Shown piece by piece: positions 41,084 through 52,647 of a stretch of 64,000 nucleotides of DNA (position 1 is the first letter of the stretch; the number at the start of each line of letters is the position of its first letter). Source of the stretch: Nitrospirota bacterium (GTDB taxonomy: Bacteria; Nitrospirota; UBA9217). The DNA lies in contig CAWCKW010000012.1 of NCBI GenBank assembly GCA_963796285.1, positions 1,760,001 through 1,824,000 of the forward strand, written 5' to 3'. A program made the translations under genes and the position numbers. The notes under the pieces are model-generated. The model was not told where the DNA came from. It worked only from the letters and a program-made list of their open reading frames with translations, and ran no database searches.

Positions 41084-42271
41084 ATGAATAAAACGATAGC
41101 AACAATCATTGCCCTCCTCTCCCTTTTCGCCTGCGCCAGGCCGCCGGTGACGGTGACGAGACCGGAAGATTCTTTGACGCATCTCTCGTCATGGAAGTCG
41201 ATCACGCCCCGTGACGACAGGGATTTCAAAGATTTCGCCGCTGCGGCGCGCCAGAGCCTGGAGTATTACAAGAAGCTTCCGCAGGACACCATGTTCGTTC
41301 TGGGGCCTGACAAAGTAAGCGCCCTCGATATGGCCGTAACACTCCAGAACTTTATCCTGATCGTCGAGAACAATTCGCTCACCTATGATCAGAAGGTGGA
41401 GCGCATCAAAAACGATTTCATGCTGTACCGTTCCGTCGGGTCAGATGGAAACGGCAAGGTGCTCTTTACCGGCTACTATGAGCCACTGTTGTCTTGCCGC
41501 ATAACGGGTGATGAGACCTTCCGTTTTCCGTTGTACCGAAGGCCCGATGATATCATCGAGGTCGATCTGACGCTGTTTGGGAATGGATTCCCCAGGAGCA
41601 AGCTCTTCGGCAGGCTTGCCAACAAAAAGGTCATCCCCTATTACTCCCGCGAAGAGATCGACCAGAAGAAGGCGCTCGCGGGCAAAGACCTTGAGATCCT
41701 GTGGTGCTCCGACATCGTTGACATCCATTTTCTTCAGGTGCAGGGCTCGGGCAGGGTTGACCTGGGAGACGGGAACATCCTGAGCGTGTTGTACGACGGT
41801 GCAAACGGCTGGCCGTACAAGGGCATCGGCAGATATTTGATCGATACCGGGGCCATGACCAAAGAGAACATGTCCATGCAGGCGATACGGGAGTATCTGC
41901 GGACCCATCCTGACCAGCTCACCACGGTCCTGAACCAGAACCCCAGCTACGTCTTCTTCCGCCTCGACACGGGCCCATCGATCGGCAGCATCGGTGTGCC
42001 GCTCACGCCGGGCCGGTCCATTGCCACGGACAGCAAGTTGTTCCCCAAGGGTGCGCTGGCTTTTATTGCAGCGCAGAAGCCGGTGATCGAGAACAATGTG
42101 ATCAAGGAATGGGTGCCCTTCACCCGGTTCGTGCTGAACCAGGACACGGGCGGAGCGATCAAGGGGGCGGGAAGGGCGGATGTGTTCTTCGGTTACGGCG
42201 CCGAAGCGGAGCTCACCGCGGGGTATCTGCAGCATGAGGGGGAGTTGTATTTTCTGATGAGGAAAAAATAA
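41084..42271 (+). CDS. mltA: Membrane-bound lytic murein transglycosylase A
   Basis: Lipobox LFAC, FTGYYEP, FLQVQGSG, NPSYVFF, QDTGGAIKG..RAD.F.G. Confidence 0.92.
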   Translation: MNKTIATIIALLSLFACARPPVTVTRPEDSLTHLSSWKSITPRDDRDFKDFAAAARQSLEYYKKLPQDTMFVLGPDKVSALDMAVTLQNFILIVENNSLTYDQKVERIKNDFMLYRSVGSDGNGKVLFTGYYEPLLSCRITGDETFRFPLYRRPDDIIEVDLTLFGNGFPRSKLFGRLANKKVIPYYSREEIDQKKALAGKDLEILWCSDIVDIHFLQVQGSGRVDLGDGNILSVLYDGANGWPYKGIGRYLIDTGAMTKENMSMQAIREYLRTHPDQLTTVLNQNPSYVFFRLDTGPSIGSIGVPLTPGRSIATDSKLFPKGALAFIAAQKPVIENNVIKEWVPFTRFVLNQDTGGAIKGAGRADVFFGYGAEAELTAGYLQHEGELYFLMRKK

Positions 42272-42332
42272 TCCATTTATCATAGAAACGGCATTTGCCA
42301 AGAGAAGGTTCGCATTAGTGACTAAGGAATCA

Positions 42333-42552
42333 AATTCTACTTCAAAACGGCAAGAATATTTCTCGCAATGGCCAAGAAGAGGGCCACACTGAGGCGCAAA
42401 GCTCGCAAAGAAAGGCTAAACTATTTGTTTTTTTTAAAACAAGGCTTAAAGATTTTCTTGGCGTCCTTTGTTTATGGCCGCAGAGCTGGGGCTACGTCTT
42501 TGCGCGAGACGCTTTTCGGTTTTGACCTTCCGGTTCCGTCTTTTCGGGTTAG
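42333..42552. mobile_element. Composite palindromic element carrying two hairpin inserts
   Basis: tctcgca[tggcc..ggcca]ggcgcaaag...cttggcgtcctttg[tttatggccgcagagctggggcta]cgtctttgcgcgaga...tcgggttagg. Confidence 0.55.
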
Positions 42553-42574
42553 GTTTATCAGAAAGGAGATCCAT

Positions 42575-43183
42575 ATGAAAGAGTTTATCATCTCGATGAT
42601 GGGACTGTCGGTGGCGCTCATTGCCGCCACCACGGTCACGGCCGCAACGAATCTTGAGAAAGCGACGTTTGCCGGCGGCTGCTTCTGGTGTATGGAACAC
42701 CCGTTCGACGAGATTCCCGGCGTTGTATCGGTCACCTCCGGCTATACCGGCGGACAGAAAAAAAATCCCACCTACGAAGAGGTTTCCGCAGGAGGAACCG
42801 GGCACGCCGAGTCGGTCCAAATAGTTTATGACCCGGCAAAGGTGACGTATGAGAAGCTCCTGAACGTATTCTGGCATAACATCGACCCGACCGTCCAGGA
42901 CAGGCAGTTTTGTGATGGAGGGCATCAGTATCGCAGCGCCATCTTTTATCATAACGAGGAACAGCACCGGCTGGCGCTTCAATCCAAGGCCATGTTGGAA
43001 AAGAACAAGCCCTTCAAAGAAGCGGTCGTGACCGAGATCGTGCAGGCCACCGAATTCTACCCGGCCGAGGATTATCACCAGCACTATTACAAGAAGAACC
43101 CGATCCGTTACAAATTCTACCGGACCACCTGCGGTCGTGACAAGCGGCTCAAGGAACTGTGGGGCAGTGAGGCGGGGCACTGA
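42575..43183 (+). CDS. msrA: Peptide-methionine (S)-S-oxide reductase with signal peptide
   Basis: AAGGAG RBS; FAGGCFWC, SGYTGG, GHAE, QYRSAIF, FYPAEDYHQ. Confidence 0.95.
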   Translation: MKEFIISMMGLSVALIAATTVTAATNLEKATFAGGCFWCMEHPFDEIPGVVSVTSGYTGGQKKNPTYEEVSAGGTGHAESVQIVYDPAKVTYEKLLNVFWHNIDPTVQDRQFCDGGHQYRSAIFYHNEEQHRLALQSKAMLEKNKPFKEAVVTEIVQATEFYPAEDYHQHYYKKNPIRYKFYRTTCGRDKRLKELWGSEAGH

Positions 43184-43303
43184 TAAGGTTGGAGGAGCTG
43201 AAAGTCGCTCTCCGGAGAAGCCTTGAGATAGGCGTTTTTATAACAGTCTCCTTACATGAATTTGAACCCAGGCAACGCTTGCGATTTTATGCTGCCCGCC
43301 CGG

Positions 43304-45607
43304 CTATGTGCTATCCAGTGATATCGAGGGGGGGCGTAAATAATATTCCGTGCGAGGTCTCAGATCCAGGTTGATTGGCGCAGCCCCCATTTTTTTCGCG
43401 ATAAAATCCTGGTCGCCAAGATATTTGGTCACTCTCCAAATGCCGTCTTGAGTGCCTTTGGGAAAGGCATTTAGCAGCTCATGATACCTTTGGTCAACAT
43501 GATCAAAGGTTCCCCGGGAAGCCAGGAAGAATGAGTCATATCCGCGTACATAGGGAAAAACCTGGCCTAATGTCTTGCCTATAATTCCTTTCTTGGCCCC
43601 GAGCATAAAAATACCATCGGGACTGAGGCGCTTATTGACCAAGGCAAAAAATTCGCGTGATTGGACGTTATTGCTATAAGCGGTCGTGCTGCGTATGGGA
43701 TCTGCCAGGACAAGGTCATAAACATCTTTAGTCGTGTTTAGATAGCGCCTGCCGTCGTCTATGACCACCTTGATCCTGCTGTCGGCGAGCATCTTCTGGT
43801 AAAGAGGGATCTTCTTCAAATTCGATATGGATGTCGGACACAGCTCAACAATCGTGATACTTTTAACTGTGTCCATTTTTTGGACGACCTCCAAGGTCGA
43901 GCCTGCCCCAAAACCGATGATCAGGATATGGTCCGTCTTGCGCGCGTATTTCAGGGCCTCAAGTGATTCAGCATAAAAAATTTCTCCCGGGCGGAATCCA
44001 TGCCCCTGCCCGTTGATGAAGTTGCGAACGAACTCGCCCTTTTTGTAGGCGACAACAACGCTATCCACCCCCTCGCTGAAATAAGTTTCCGAATCGCCAA
44101 AAGGATCGGAATGCATGAGTCTATAAAGCTGACCGTTTTTAGGAAACAGCAGAAAGCCGGCAATAATCACGGCCATTACCAAAACAAGCGTTCTGGGGAA
44201 TGGACGGTCGGCCAATTCATCTATGAAAAGAACATACATCAAGCCGACAGATACAAACAGGTATATGGTCAATTCCGTTCCCAGGAGCGGCAGCAAGACA
44301 AATCCTGTAACAATTCCCCCAAAAAGATTTCCTAATGTATTAAAAAAATAGACCATGCCGACCGTGCGGCCTTCCTTTCGAGGATCCGCTATTGCCAAGG
44401 ATGAAATGAGCGGCAGGCTTGCCCCCATGACCAGGGTTGGGATAAAGACAAAGACCATGGGCCAAAAAAAGACGTCGAGCGCCAGATAAATGCTCTGGAA
44501 CAGCTCCTGCATTGTGGCGCTTGAATGACCAAGCGCCAAAGGATGCACATCACTGCCAAACGAAAGCCGGGTCAAGGCGCCGAGGGGAGAATATTTTGTG
44601 AGGGTGAAATAGCCCAGGATTATGACGCTCACGCTGATGCTCAGGAGAACCTGGAGAACAAAATAAAGACTTCGATGGCTTGTCTTACGACTGCGACCCA
44701 GGTATTTCTGAATACAGAAACTCCCGATGGCGAGCCCCAACAGGTAAACCGACAATATGCTCGAAAACGCGTAAGGCGAATCCTTGACCAGAATGCCGAT
44801 GACCCTAAACCAAACGATTTCATAACCGATCGCTAAAAATCCGGCGATGCATACCAGAAGGTAGGCGATCTTTCCCAGAGAAATATCACCGGGATGACTT
44901 CCCACGGTTGTGTCTATTGTTCGCGCAGGCGGATTCCGGATAGTCCTGGTCCCCAATATCATAAACGCGAGGACTATATTAATGGCGGCGGCCGCGTAAA
45001 TCCCCACGTCCAGACCGAAAAAGGTTATCAAGATATAACTGGCGAATAAAGCCCCTGCAGCCGCCCCAAGCGTATTGATGAAATACAGGAAGCCGATGGA
45101 ATGAAGAAAGTTCCCCGCATATTGATTAAATATTTTCATGAGCACAGGCAGCGTCATGCCCATCAAGGTCGTCGGGATGGATAAAAACAGAAAGATATAA
45201 AAAAAAGAAAGGACGTAGTTACTCCCTGCCGTATATCGGCCCAAGAAATCAATGATGGGCAAGCTTGCCAATCCGAAACAACCCACCGACAGTTCAATGG
45301 CAAAATATAAGATGGTTCTATTAGCTACCCGCTCAACCAGAATACCGCCCAGCAGGTAGCCGACGCCTAAGCCCAACATAAAAACGCTTACGATGATCGT
45401 GGTAGAGATTGGGCCTACTCCGTAATAAAGTGTCAGCAATCGCTGCCAGGCCACTTGATAGATAAGGCTGGCGAAGCCGGAGAAGAAGAATACAAAAGAT
45501 AGGATAGGCGCAAGACGCGTATGTATGAGACCGTTTCTTTTATACAGATTATATTGCATAACGTTCCAGCAAAAGTGCATGGCTTCAAGGCTCTCGCGTG
45601 AAGACAT
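43304..45607 (-). CDS. Fused multi-TM / spermidine synthase-like methyltransferase
   Basis: FFFSGFASLIYQVAW, LMGMTLP, NTLGAAAG, IGFGAG, VELCP, DDGRRYL; true start uncertain. Confidence 0.85.
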   Translation of the reverse strand: MSSRESLEAMHFCWNVMQYNLYKRNGLIHTRLAPILSFVFFFSGFASLIYQVAWQRLLTLYYGVGPISTTIIVSVFMLGLGVGYLLGGILVERVANRTILYFAIELSVGCFGLASLPIIDFLGRYTAGSNYVLSFFYIFLFLSIPTTLMGMTLPVLMKIFNQYAGNFLHSIGFLYFINTLGAAAGALFASYILITFFGLDVGIYAAAAINIVLAFMILGTRTIRNPPARTIDTTVGSHPGDISLGKIAYLLVCIAGFLAIGYEIVWFRVIGILVKDSPYAFSSILSVYLLGLAIGSFCIQKYLGRSRKTSHRSLYFVLQVLLSISVSVIILGYFTLTKYSPLGALTRLSFGSDVHPLALGHSSATMQELFQSIYLALDVFFWPMVFVFIPTLVMGASLPLISSLAIADPRKEGRTVGMVYFFNTLGNLFGGIVTGFVLLPLLGTELTIYLFVSVGLMYVLFIDELADRPFPRTLVLVMAVIIAGFLLFPKNGQLYRLMHSDPFGDSETYFSEGVDSVVVAYKKGEFVRNFINGQGHGFRPGEIFYAESLEALKYARKTDHILIIGFGAGSTLEVVQKMDTVKSITIVELCPTSISNLKKIPLYQKMLADSRIKVVIDDGRRYLNTTKDVYDLVLADPIRSTTAYSNNVQSREFFALVNKRLSPDGIFMLGAKKGIIGKTLGQVFPYVRGYDSFFLASRGTFDHVDQRYHELLNAFPKGTQDGIWRVTKYLGDQDFIAKKMGAAPINLDLRPRTEYYLRPPSISLDST

Positions 45608-45609
45608 TT

Positions 45610-45909
45610 CGCATCTATATGCTTTTCCAGCGCTGTTCCTTTAATTTTCCCTTATCGGATGAACCACAATCTTACGTCCGCGTTCCATCTACCTTTTGCA
45701 ATCCTCGCTGACTCGATCATATCCTTTTCTGGGTATCCGATCCGTACAGTCACAATATCGTTGTCGCCATATTTTCGTGCCCGCGGGCGCAATGCTGTCC
45801 TCTCAACAATGAATTCGATGGTCTATAATCTCGTACGGCTCACCTTATCATACCGATAGCGCACACAGAATAGTGATTCGCCATGTTTCTCGAGTAGTTT
45901 TTTCTTTCC
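45610..45909 (-). pseudogene. Decayed small conserved hypothetical gene (LLEKHGESLFCVRYRYD type)
   Basis: One minus frame reads KKLLEKHGESLFCVRYRYDKVSRTRL*TIEFIVE...VRIGYPE...KGRWNADVRLWFIR*GKIKG, with stops at 45823-25 and 45652-54 and no start codon. Confidence 0.6.
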
Positions 45910-48233
45910 CTACCCTTCCAGGATCCTCCGATACAGATTTTTCGTCTGCTCATCCGGTTCGAGATCAATATCCCTGCACAAGGCGCGTTCACACCGTTCA
46001 TAGGTCCGTACCGCCTCCCTGCGCCGGTCGTCAGATTGGTACCGCATCATGAGCCAGCAGCAGGCCTTCTCGTTGCAGGGGTCCGCGATGAACATTTTCT
46101 CGTAGAACCGGAGCGCCCGGTCCCGGTCACCCGAAGACTCGGCGATGCCGGCCGCGTCCTCGAGCGCCCGCAGATAACGGATGCGCAAGTGATCCCGCAT
46201 TGGTGCGGCCCAGTCGCTGTAAATATCTTCAGGCAAAAAATCTCCCGCATAAAGGTCGAACGCCTTCTCATATTCTCCTACGATGTTTTCAGGTTTTCCG
46301 CTTGACTTCATGCGGTCCGTTGTGTCGAGATGGGAAAGCACCTGTCCGACATCGGTCCAGACGAGGTCCCTGTTCAGCATGATGAATCCGTCTTTGTGAA
46401 GAATGCATGAATCGATTATGCCCGGAACGTTCTCCGGCTCCAGCACCTTCCGTACGCGGTGGAACATGCTGTTGAATGTCTGATGGAGCGTGTCAGGGTC
46501 CTTGTCCGGCCATAGTAACTCCATGGCCCTATCGCGGGATACGGTATGTCCGTCCTGGGCAACGAGCAGTTTGACAAATGTCTTTGCCCGCTTGCTTTTC
46601 CACTCGGAGTCCCGTATCGGGACCATTTCCCGAATTGCCCTGAACCCCCCAAGACACTTGATCATAAGAAAAGGCTTTTTGTTCGAACGGGCCTGGTTAT
46701 CGATCAGCGTGGAGCAATAGTCACTGCAGATGCCGTGGGCGAGCGCCGCATTCGCCAGCTCGGCCAGTTCCGCGGCATTGAACAGGGCATAGTAGGTGAA
46801 CCCCCGCTCCCGGCCGATGGAAAAACCTTCCCGCAGGTGTTTGCGGACCCTGTCCGTTTTTTTCATCTTCCCGTAGAGCCGTGCCAGCACGAGGTGGGCG
46901 TTCGCCTCCTGCTGAGCGGCCTTGATCTGCTGAAGCATCTTAAGGGCCGTGAGCAGCTCTGTTTCCGCCTGACAATGCTTTGCGAGCTTCAGGTGGATCG
47001 CGCCGCTCGCGATAAGGTAGATCGCATGGAACAGCTTGCTTCCTGACTGCGTCCGGATCGCCAGGGCATAGTCCGACTCTTTCTTTGCCTGCACCAGCTT
47101 GCCCTGGAACAAACAGGCGATCGCGAGAAGATGGGCGGCGGAGGCGCTGAAAAATTTCCTGTTTCTTCTCCTTTTTTTCCTCTGCGCCGGCATTCCTCCT
47201 CTTCCCCCGCCTTCACAGAACACCTCTCCTCCCCCCCCCCCCCCCACCCCCCCCACTCCCCCCCCCGCGCGGTCACGAAGAGGTTCCTGTCCCGGAGTTC
47301 CTTCACCATTGAGGAAATGGACGCTTTGCCTGATGGCGCGGTGCCCGGCAGGCCGGTCAGCAGTTCGATGAGCGGAACGGGAATGAAGTCCACGATCGCG
47401 GTCTGAAGCAGGAAGCGCTGCATTGCCTGCGGAAGGTGCGCGAAAACCTCCTGCGCAAGATAATCAAAGACGTTGGTCCGGAACCCGGCAGCGCGTTTGT
47501 CGATAAGCGCCAGCGCCCGCGCGCCCGGCGCAAGGGTGGAAAGATATTCGTGCATCAGCACAAGACCGGCCGGCCAGCCTTCCGCCGTGCTGTTGATAAG
47601 CACCGCTTCGTTCACGGAGATGTGCATGCTGAAGACGATGCTGAACAGGTCCTGGACCTCGCCATCGGTGAACCTGAGGTCTTCGCCGGTGAGTTCTCCC
47701 ACGGACTGTGTTGCGCGAAGTTTCGCGATGTCCAGTTCAGGCCGCAACCGTGAAATGATCATGAACCGGACATGGGGCGGGGTGTTGTCGATCAACTGTT
47801 TCATGAGGTGCTGCAGGTCAGGCGAGGTCGATGTTCCGATATAATCGTCGAACACGAGCAAACAAGGCTTCGGGATGTTCCTGAACACCTGCTCGATCCA
47901 GGTGCCGATGTCCTGTCGGACACCGTTGATGCCATAGCGGTTCAGCGGAATGGAGGGAACCGTGGGAACACTCTCAGGCCAGACGCGCCGGATCGCCGTG
48001 CCCAGCGCTGACAGGAAAACCGCGAGGTCCATGTCCTCCTGGTCCATGGTGTACCACACCGAGGGGGCGGCGAGCGACTGGACATGTCCAGCCGCCAGCG
48101 TGCTCTTCCCCTGGCCTGCCTGCGCATGGATGATCACCAGTTTTTTGTCCTCCCACGCCAGGAGTTTGCTCGTGAGCCGTTCACGATCAAGGACGTGAGC
48201 GGGCTTGGGTGGAAGGAACTTGGTAAGGTTCAT
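45910..48233 (-). CDS. MalT-like NTPase / BTAD transcriptional regulator, interrupted by a low-complexity tract
   Basis: TKFLPP..RERL, AQAGQGKST, AEGWPAGL, FDYLAQEVF (N-half); CLGGF, ELLWP, LYAGDFL, DPCNE, DLEP (C-half); junction 47150-47270 is poly-C. Confidence 0.75.
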
Positions 48234-48342
48234 GCGCGTACACCCCCGTCAGGGTCATTGTGAACAGCGTCATGGGAGAAAAAACAGCAAAAGTATAGAG
48301 GCCTTTCTTTGAAAAATCAACAAATTTTTTTGGTCCGGGGGA

Positions 48343-49161
48343 TCAGCGCTGTCGGGACGTGAGGATGTTCAGCGCCAGCACGTGGGTCGCGTCGTTCTTG
48401 CTCGCGAGCAGCGGAACGGTCCTGCCGAGTCCCACGACAAGGTGGTCGAGCGATGTTCCCTCGAGATCGGTGATCACGCCGTCCGCTTCTTCAAGGATCA
48501 GCATTCCGGCCGCGTAATCAAAGGCGCGCGAGGCAGTGGCCGTGGCGAACACGCTGATGGCGCCCGACGCGAGGTACGAGAGGTCAAGGGCCGTGGATCC
48601 GAAGCACCTCGTACGCCTCGCCTCCCCGAGGAGCGGCATGATGCGCGGCAGATCGGTCTTGGGTGACGATGCCTCGTAGGCCACGATCGTGATGCCCTGC
48701 GTGGCCGCGGTCCTGATCCGCTTGCCGTTCTTGTACGCGCCCTGGGCGCGCACGGCCCAGAACTCGTCGCCCACGGCGAGGTTGATGATGTAGCCCACGG
48801 CGAGGGTGGAGAGCGTTTCGTCGTTCAAGAGCGCCAGCGACGTGGAAAAGAACGGGATCCCGCTCTTGGCATTGTTGCTCCCGTCGATGGGATCGACCAA
48901 CACGATCTTCTTCCCCTCGCCGAACTTCCTGATGCCGAGTTCCTCGGAGATGAGCGTAAAGGACTCGCCCTGCTTGTGCGCCTTTTCGAGTGCGGCAAGA
49001 ATGATGTCCTCGGCCCACTTGTCCACCGGAAAGGTCTTGTCTCCTGCGGCGCCCTTGCCGAGCGGGATCGTGCCGCCCTCCTTGGCGAGGATGACGGACA
49101 GTCCGTCGCGCATTTTCTTGCCGATGCCTTTGAAGAGTTCCAACCATTGATCGTTTGTCAT
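48343..49161 (-). CDS. Inositol monophosphatase / FBPase family
   Basis: ISEE, VDPIDGSNN, RCFGSTALDL, FDYAAG. Confidence 0.9.
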   Translation of the reverse strand: MTNDQWLELFKGIGKKMRDGLSVILAKEGGTIPLGKGAAGDKTFPVDKWAEDIILAALEKAHKQGESFTLISEELGIRKFGEGKKIVLVDPIDGSNNAKSGIPFFSTSLALLNDETLSTLAVGYIINLAVGDEFWAVRAQGAYKNGKRIRTAATQGITIVAYEASSPKTDLPRIMPLLGEARRTRCFGSTALDLSYLASGAISVFATATASRAFDYAAGMLILEEADGVITDLEGTSLDHLVVGLGRTVPLLASKNDATHVLALNILTSRQR

Positions 49162-49708
49162 GAATGCTCCTTAAAAGATGAAGGGTTAAGTAGGCAAGGG
49201 ACAAGGAATGCAAAACCTGCTACTTGCCCCTTATTTCTCCGCCATGATAAAACCTTGTGATTTGATGGGCATGGAGGCTTGTGGATATGAAAATAGACTT
49301 GACTAGAGACTGCTATTTCTGAGCAGTAGAACTGATTGGCAGATGGCGAGAAGGACAGGCTCTGCAAACATCTCGCTTTGACGACAACGGAGGTAGTTTC
49401 AAGATTTGATAAAGACTAGGCATCGACGTCGAGGCTTAAGAGAAGGGCCATGCACATATGCTTGTGTTTGCGGACACAGAGAGAGGCGGGATAGTGAAAA
49501 GGTTCACAAAGAAGTTTATGCATTAGGTGGAGGAACTCTGCACAGGGCGCATTTAAAGAAAAGCTTCATACTTTTGCAGGAGCATGTGGACACAGGCAAT
49601 AGGTGGTAAAATAAAACAAGAGAGGCAATTTCGAGCTTTTGTTGGCACACAGCGGTAGCAGGACATAGGTTGTACTTTGTATAAGATAATGAAAGGAACG
49701 GGAGAATA

Positions 49709-50535
49709 ATGAAAAGAATAAAAAATCATCTGAAACGATTCTTCACGACAAGACGAAGACTGCCGGACACGCTCGGACTATTGGTTCTCATCACCGTACT
49801 GCTGTCGCCAGGCCCTCTCTTAGCGGCTCCGATCCCGGTACGCTTCGTCGAGGGCGCTGTGCATGGTTTTCTTGTTCTGCGCACAGTCGACGACGTCCTC
49901 ATTGCATCGGGCGATCTTCTCCAGGTCAGCCGGGGCGGACAGGTCGAAAGCCGCATGGTTTTTCGATTTAAGGACGGGTCGGTGTTCGACGAGTCGGTGG
50001 TATTTTCACAGGATCAGGTCTTCACAATGCAGAGCTACCATTTAGTGCAGCGCGGGCCTGTATTCAGCGAGGATACAGAGATCCGGCTGGAACGGGCTAC
50101 GGGGAAATACAGCGTAAAGACCAAAGCACACAAAGACGGACGGGAGAAGACGCTCGACGGCACGCTCAAGCTGCCTTCCGATGTATACAACGGAATGGTG
50201 CTCACCGTCGCGAAGAGCCTCCAAAGGACACGAGAGAGACCGTACACATCGTGGCTTTCACGCCTAAGCCCATGATCATCGAGTTGAGACTGGCAGCAGT
50301 GGGCGAGCAGCAGGTTCTGATCGGCGAACTTCCAAAGACCGCGATCCATTACGTGTTCAAGCCCCAGCTCGGGAGCTGGCTCAAGTTTTTCGCCAAGCTG
50401 ACCGGACGCACGCCGCCGGACAACCACGCCTGGATTGTCACTGAAAAGGTGCCGGCGTTCGTGAAGTTCGAGGGGCCGCTCTACATGACAGGACCGATCT
50501 GGCGGATCGAGTTGACGATCCCCCGTTGGCATTAG
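49709..50535 (+). CDS. Secreted hypothetical protein, frameshift near 50225
   Basis: ORFs 49709..50275 and 50251..50535 read as one protein (EGAVHGFLVLR...DVYNGM / VAFTPKP...PAFVKFEGPLY). Confidence 0.6.
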
Positions 50536-50829
50536 CCGGACAAGCTCTCCGTGCCCTGCCCGCGACCTCCATGTGTCAGGTGTACCTATTGATCTGCATC
50601 CTTCATGCCTGAAGGACAGTTTTCTGCTTCAACGGATGAGTCATTTCCTCATCAGTACATTTCCATAATGCTACCTAATCAAGCGTTTGCAGCCGACCCA
50701 AAAAAGAGCGTGGCCGGATGAAACGAGGTATCAGATATTATCAGATTTTTATCCTGTAATCCTGTCAAAAAGGTTTTGACTCCTGTTTGTCCATTTTAGG
50801 CAACGTTTTTTATAGAGTCATCTTAATTG

Positions 50830-52647
50830 CTACTTGGAATTAAAATACTTACCAGCGCCGCATTTCTTCGACATCCCCTTGACCGTGGAAATATCCTGCG
50901 TCGTCGCCTGCTTGATCTTCTCCAGGCTCCCGAAATGCCGCAGCAGTTCCTTTTTTCGCACCTCACCGATACCGGGGATATCGTCAAGCTCGGACTTGAT
51001 AGCGCGCTTCTCGCGCAGCTTGCGGTGATACGCGATCGCGAAGCGGTGCGCTTCGTCTCGCGCGCGCGCGACCAGGTGCGTGGTCTGGCTCGTGGGCTCG
51101 AGGATGATCGGCTCGTCCACACCGGGCAGGAAGACCCGTTCGAACTCCCGTTCCGAACCCTCTTCACCGCTCCGCGCCTTGGCAAGGCCGATCACGTCGG
51201 GCGCGTCCATCCCGAGCTCGCGCAGCACCTCCAGTCCTGCGTTCAGCTGGCCTTTGCCGCCGTCGATCAGGATCAGGTCAGGCAGTATACCCTCTTCCTT
51301 TGCCTTTGTATAGCGCCGTCTGATCACCTCTGCCATGCTCGCGAAGTCGTCCTGGCCGCTCACGCTCTTGATCTTGAACCGCTTGTAATTCCGTTTGTCA
51401 GGCAGGTTGTTCTCGAAAGACACCATGCTCGCGACCGCTTCGGTGCCCTGGATGTTCGAAACATCGAAGGCCTCGATCCTGCGAGGAAGGTTCCTGAGCC
51501 CCAGCTCTTCCTGGAGCCGCAGCAGGACCCGTTCCTTGCTCTTGCGCGAGAGCAGGTGCTCGCGAAGCGACTGTCCCGCATTGTCCGATGCCATCTGGAC
51601 CAGTTCTCGCTTCCTGCCCCGCTGCGGCACGAGGACCTCCACCCTCGCTCCGCGCTTCTCCGTGAGCCAAACCTCGAACAGTCCCCGGTCCGGCACATCA
51701 AAAGGCAGGAGCACCTCGGCAGGCACGATCATCTCCTTTGCATAGAACTGGCGCAGGAAGTCGGTAAACACTTCCTCGTCCGTCATGCCCTGCACGTCGG
51801 GGATGGTGAAATCCTTTCTGCCGAGCAGCATGCCGTTCCGGATAAAGAGCGCCTGAATGTCCGCGTGGCCGCCCTCCGAGGCCATGCCGATCACGTCCTG
51901 GTTCTCGAACCCCGGGGAGATGATCTTCTGCTTCTCGAAGGCCCCTTCGATCTTCGCGATCCGGTCACGGAGCTCTGCCGCGCGTTCGTACTCCATCTTT
52001 TCCGACGCCTCTGCCATGCGCTGCTTCAGCAGATCGAGCAGGTCGCGGTTCTTCCCTTCGAGGAACAACCGCACCTGGCCGACCATGTCCTGATAGGCGT
52101 CCTTATCAACCTCCCCCGAGCACGGCGCCATGCACCTGCCGATCTGGTGCTGCACGCAGGGCCGCTCGGGCCTGTCCTTTTTGAATTCCTTTTTGCACGT
52201 TGCAAGCGGGAACGTGCGCCGGATGAGCGAGAGCAGCTCCCACATGCCGCCTGCGGGGACGTAGGGGCCGTAGTAGAGCGCGCCGTCTTTTTTCAGTCCC
52301 CGGACCACGTCCAGGCGGGGATACTCGGCCTTCAGGTCGAACCGGAGGTAGGGATAATTCTTGTCGTCCCGAAGGATGATGTTGTAGCGCGGGTGGTGCT
52401 TCTTGATGAGGTTGGCCTCCAGGATCAGCGCCTCGAGCTCGGTGTGCGTCATGATGGTCTCAAGGTCAACGATCTGGCGCACCATCATCTCGGTCTTTTC
52501 GCCCTTCGCGCCCTTCTGAAAGTACGAGCGCACGCGGTTCCAGAGGGACAAGGCCTTGCCGATGTAGATGACGCGCCCCTTTGCGTCCTTCATGAGGTAG
52601 ACGCCGGGCGAATCCGGGAGATTCTGGAGTTTTTCTTCAAGGGTCAT
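50830..52647 (-). CDS. uvrC: Excinuclease ABC subunit C
   Basis: PGVYLM..IYIGKA..RVRSYF, DDKNYPY, IEAFDVSN, PDLILIDGGKGQ, RDEAHRFA, HhH tail. Confidence 0.97.
   Translation of the reverse strand: MTLEEKLQNLPDSPGVYLMKDAKGRVIYIGKALSLWNRVRSYFQKGAKGEKTEMMVRQIVDLETIMTHTELEALILEANLIKKHHPRYNIILRDDKNYPYLRFDLKAEYPRLDVVRGLKKDGALYYGPYVPAGGMWELLSLIRRTFPLATCKKEFKKDRPERPCVQHQIGRCMAPCSGEVDKDAYQDMVGQVRLFLEGKNRDLLDLLKQRMAEASEKMEYERAAELRDRIAKIEGAFEKQKIISPGFENQDVIGMASEGGHADIQALFIRNGMLLGRKDFTIPDVQGMTDEEVFTDFLRQFYAKEMIVPAEVLLPFDVPDRGLFEVWLTEKRGARVEVLVPQRGRKRELVQMASDNAGQSLREHLLSRKSKERVLLRLQEELGLRNLPRRIEAFDVSNIQGTEAVASMVSFENNLPDKRNYKRFKIKSVSGQDDFASMAEVIRRRYTKAKEEGILPDLILIDGGKGQLNAGLEVLRELGMDAPDVIGLAKARSGEEGSEREFERVFLPGVDEPIILEPTSQTTHLVARARDEAHRFAIAYHRKLREKRAIKSELDDIPGIGEVRKKELLRHFGSLEKIKQATTQDISTVKGMSKKCGAGKYFNSK

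Noticed and set aside
42368-42574. N-terminal extensions of msrA (also 61440 lpxL, 59504 hydratase, 60283 CBS)
   Set aside because: They run through intergenic repeats or non-coding DNA; downstream ATGs fit the family start and usually have an RBS.
47150-47270. Poly-C/pyrimidine tract inside the MalT-like gene (G-quadruplex or phase-variation candidate)
   Set aside because: Degenerate low-complexity sequence where the central TPR region appears to be missing; most consistent with an assembly artefact.
49200-49700. Long intergenic region as a gene remnant or RNA
   Set aside because: No coherent frame or convincing pairing found by eye.
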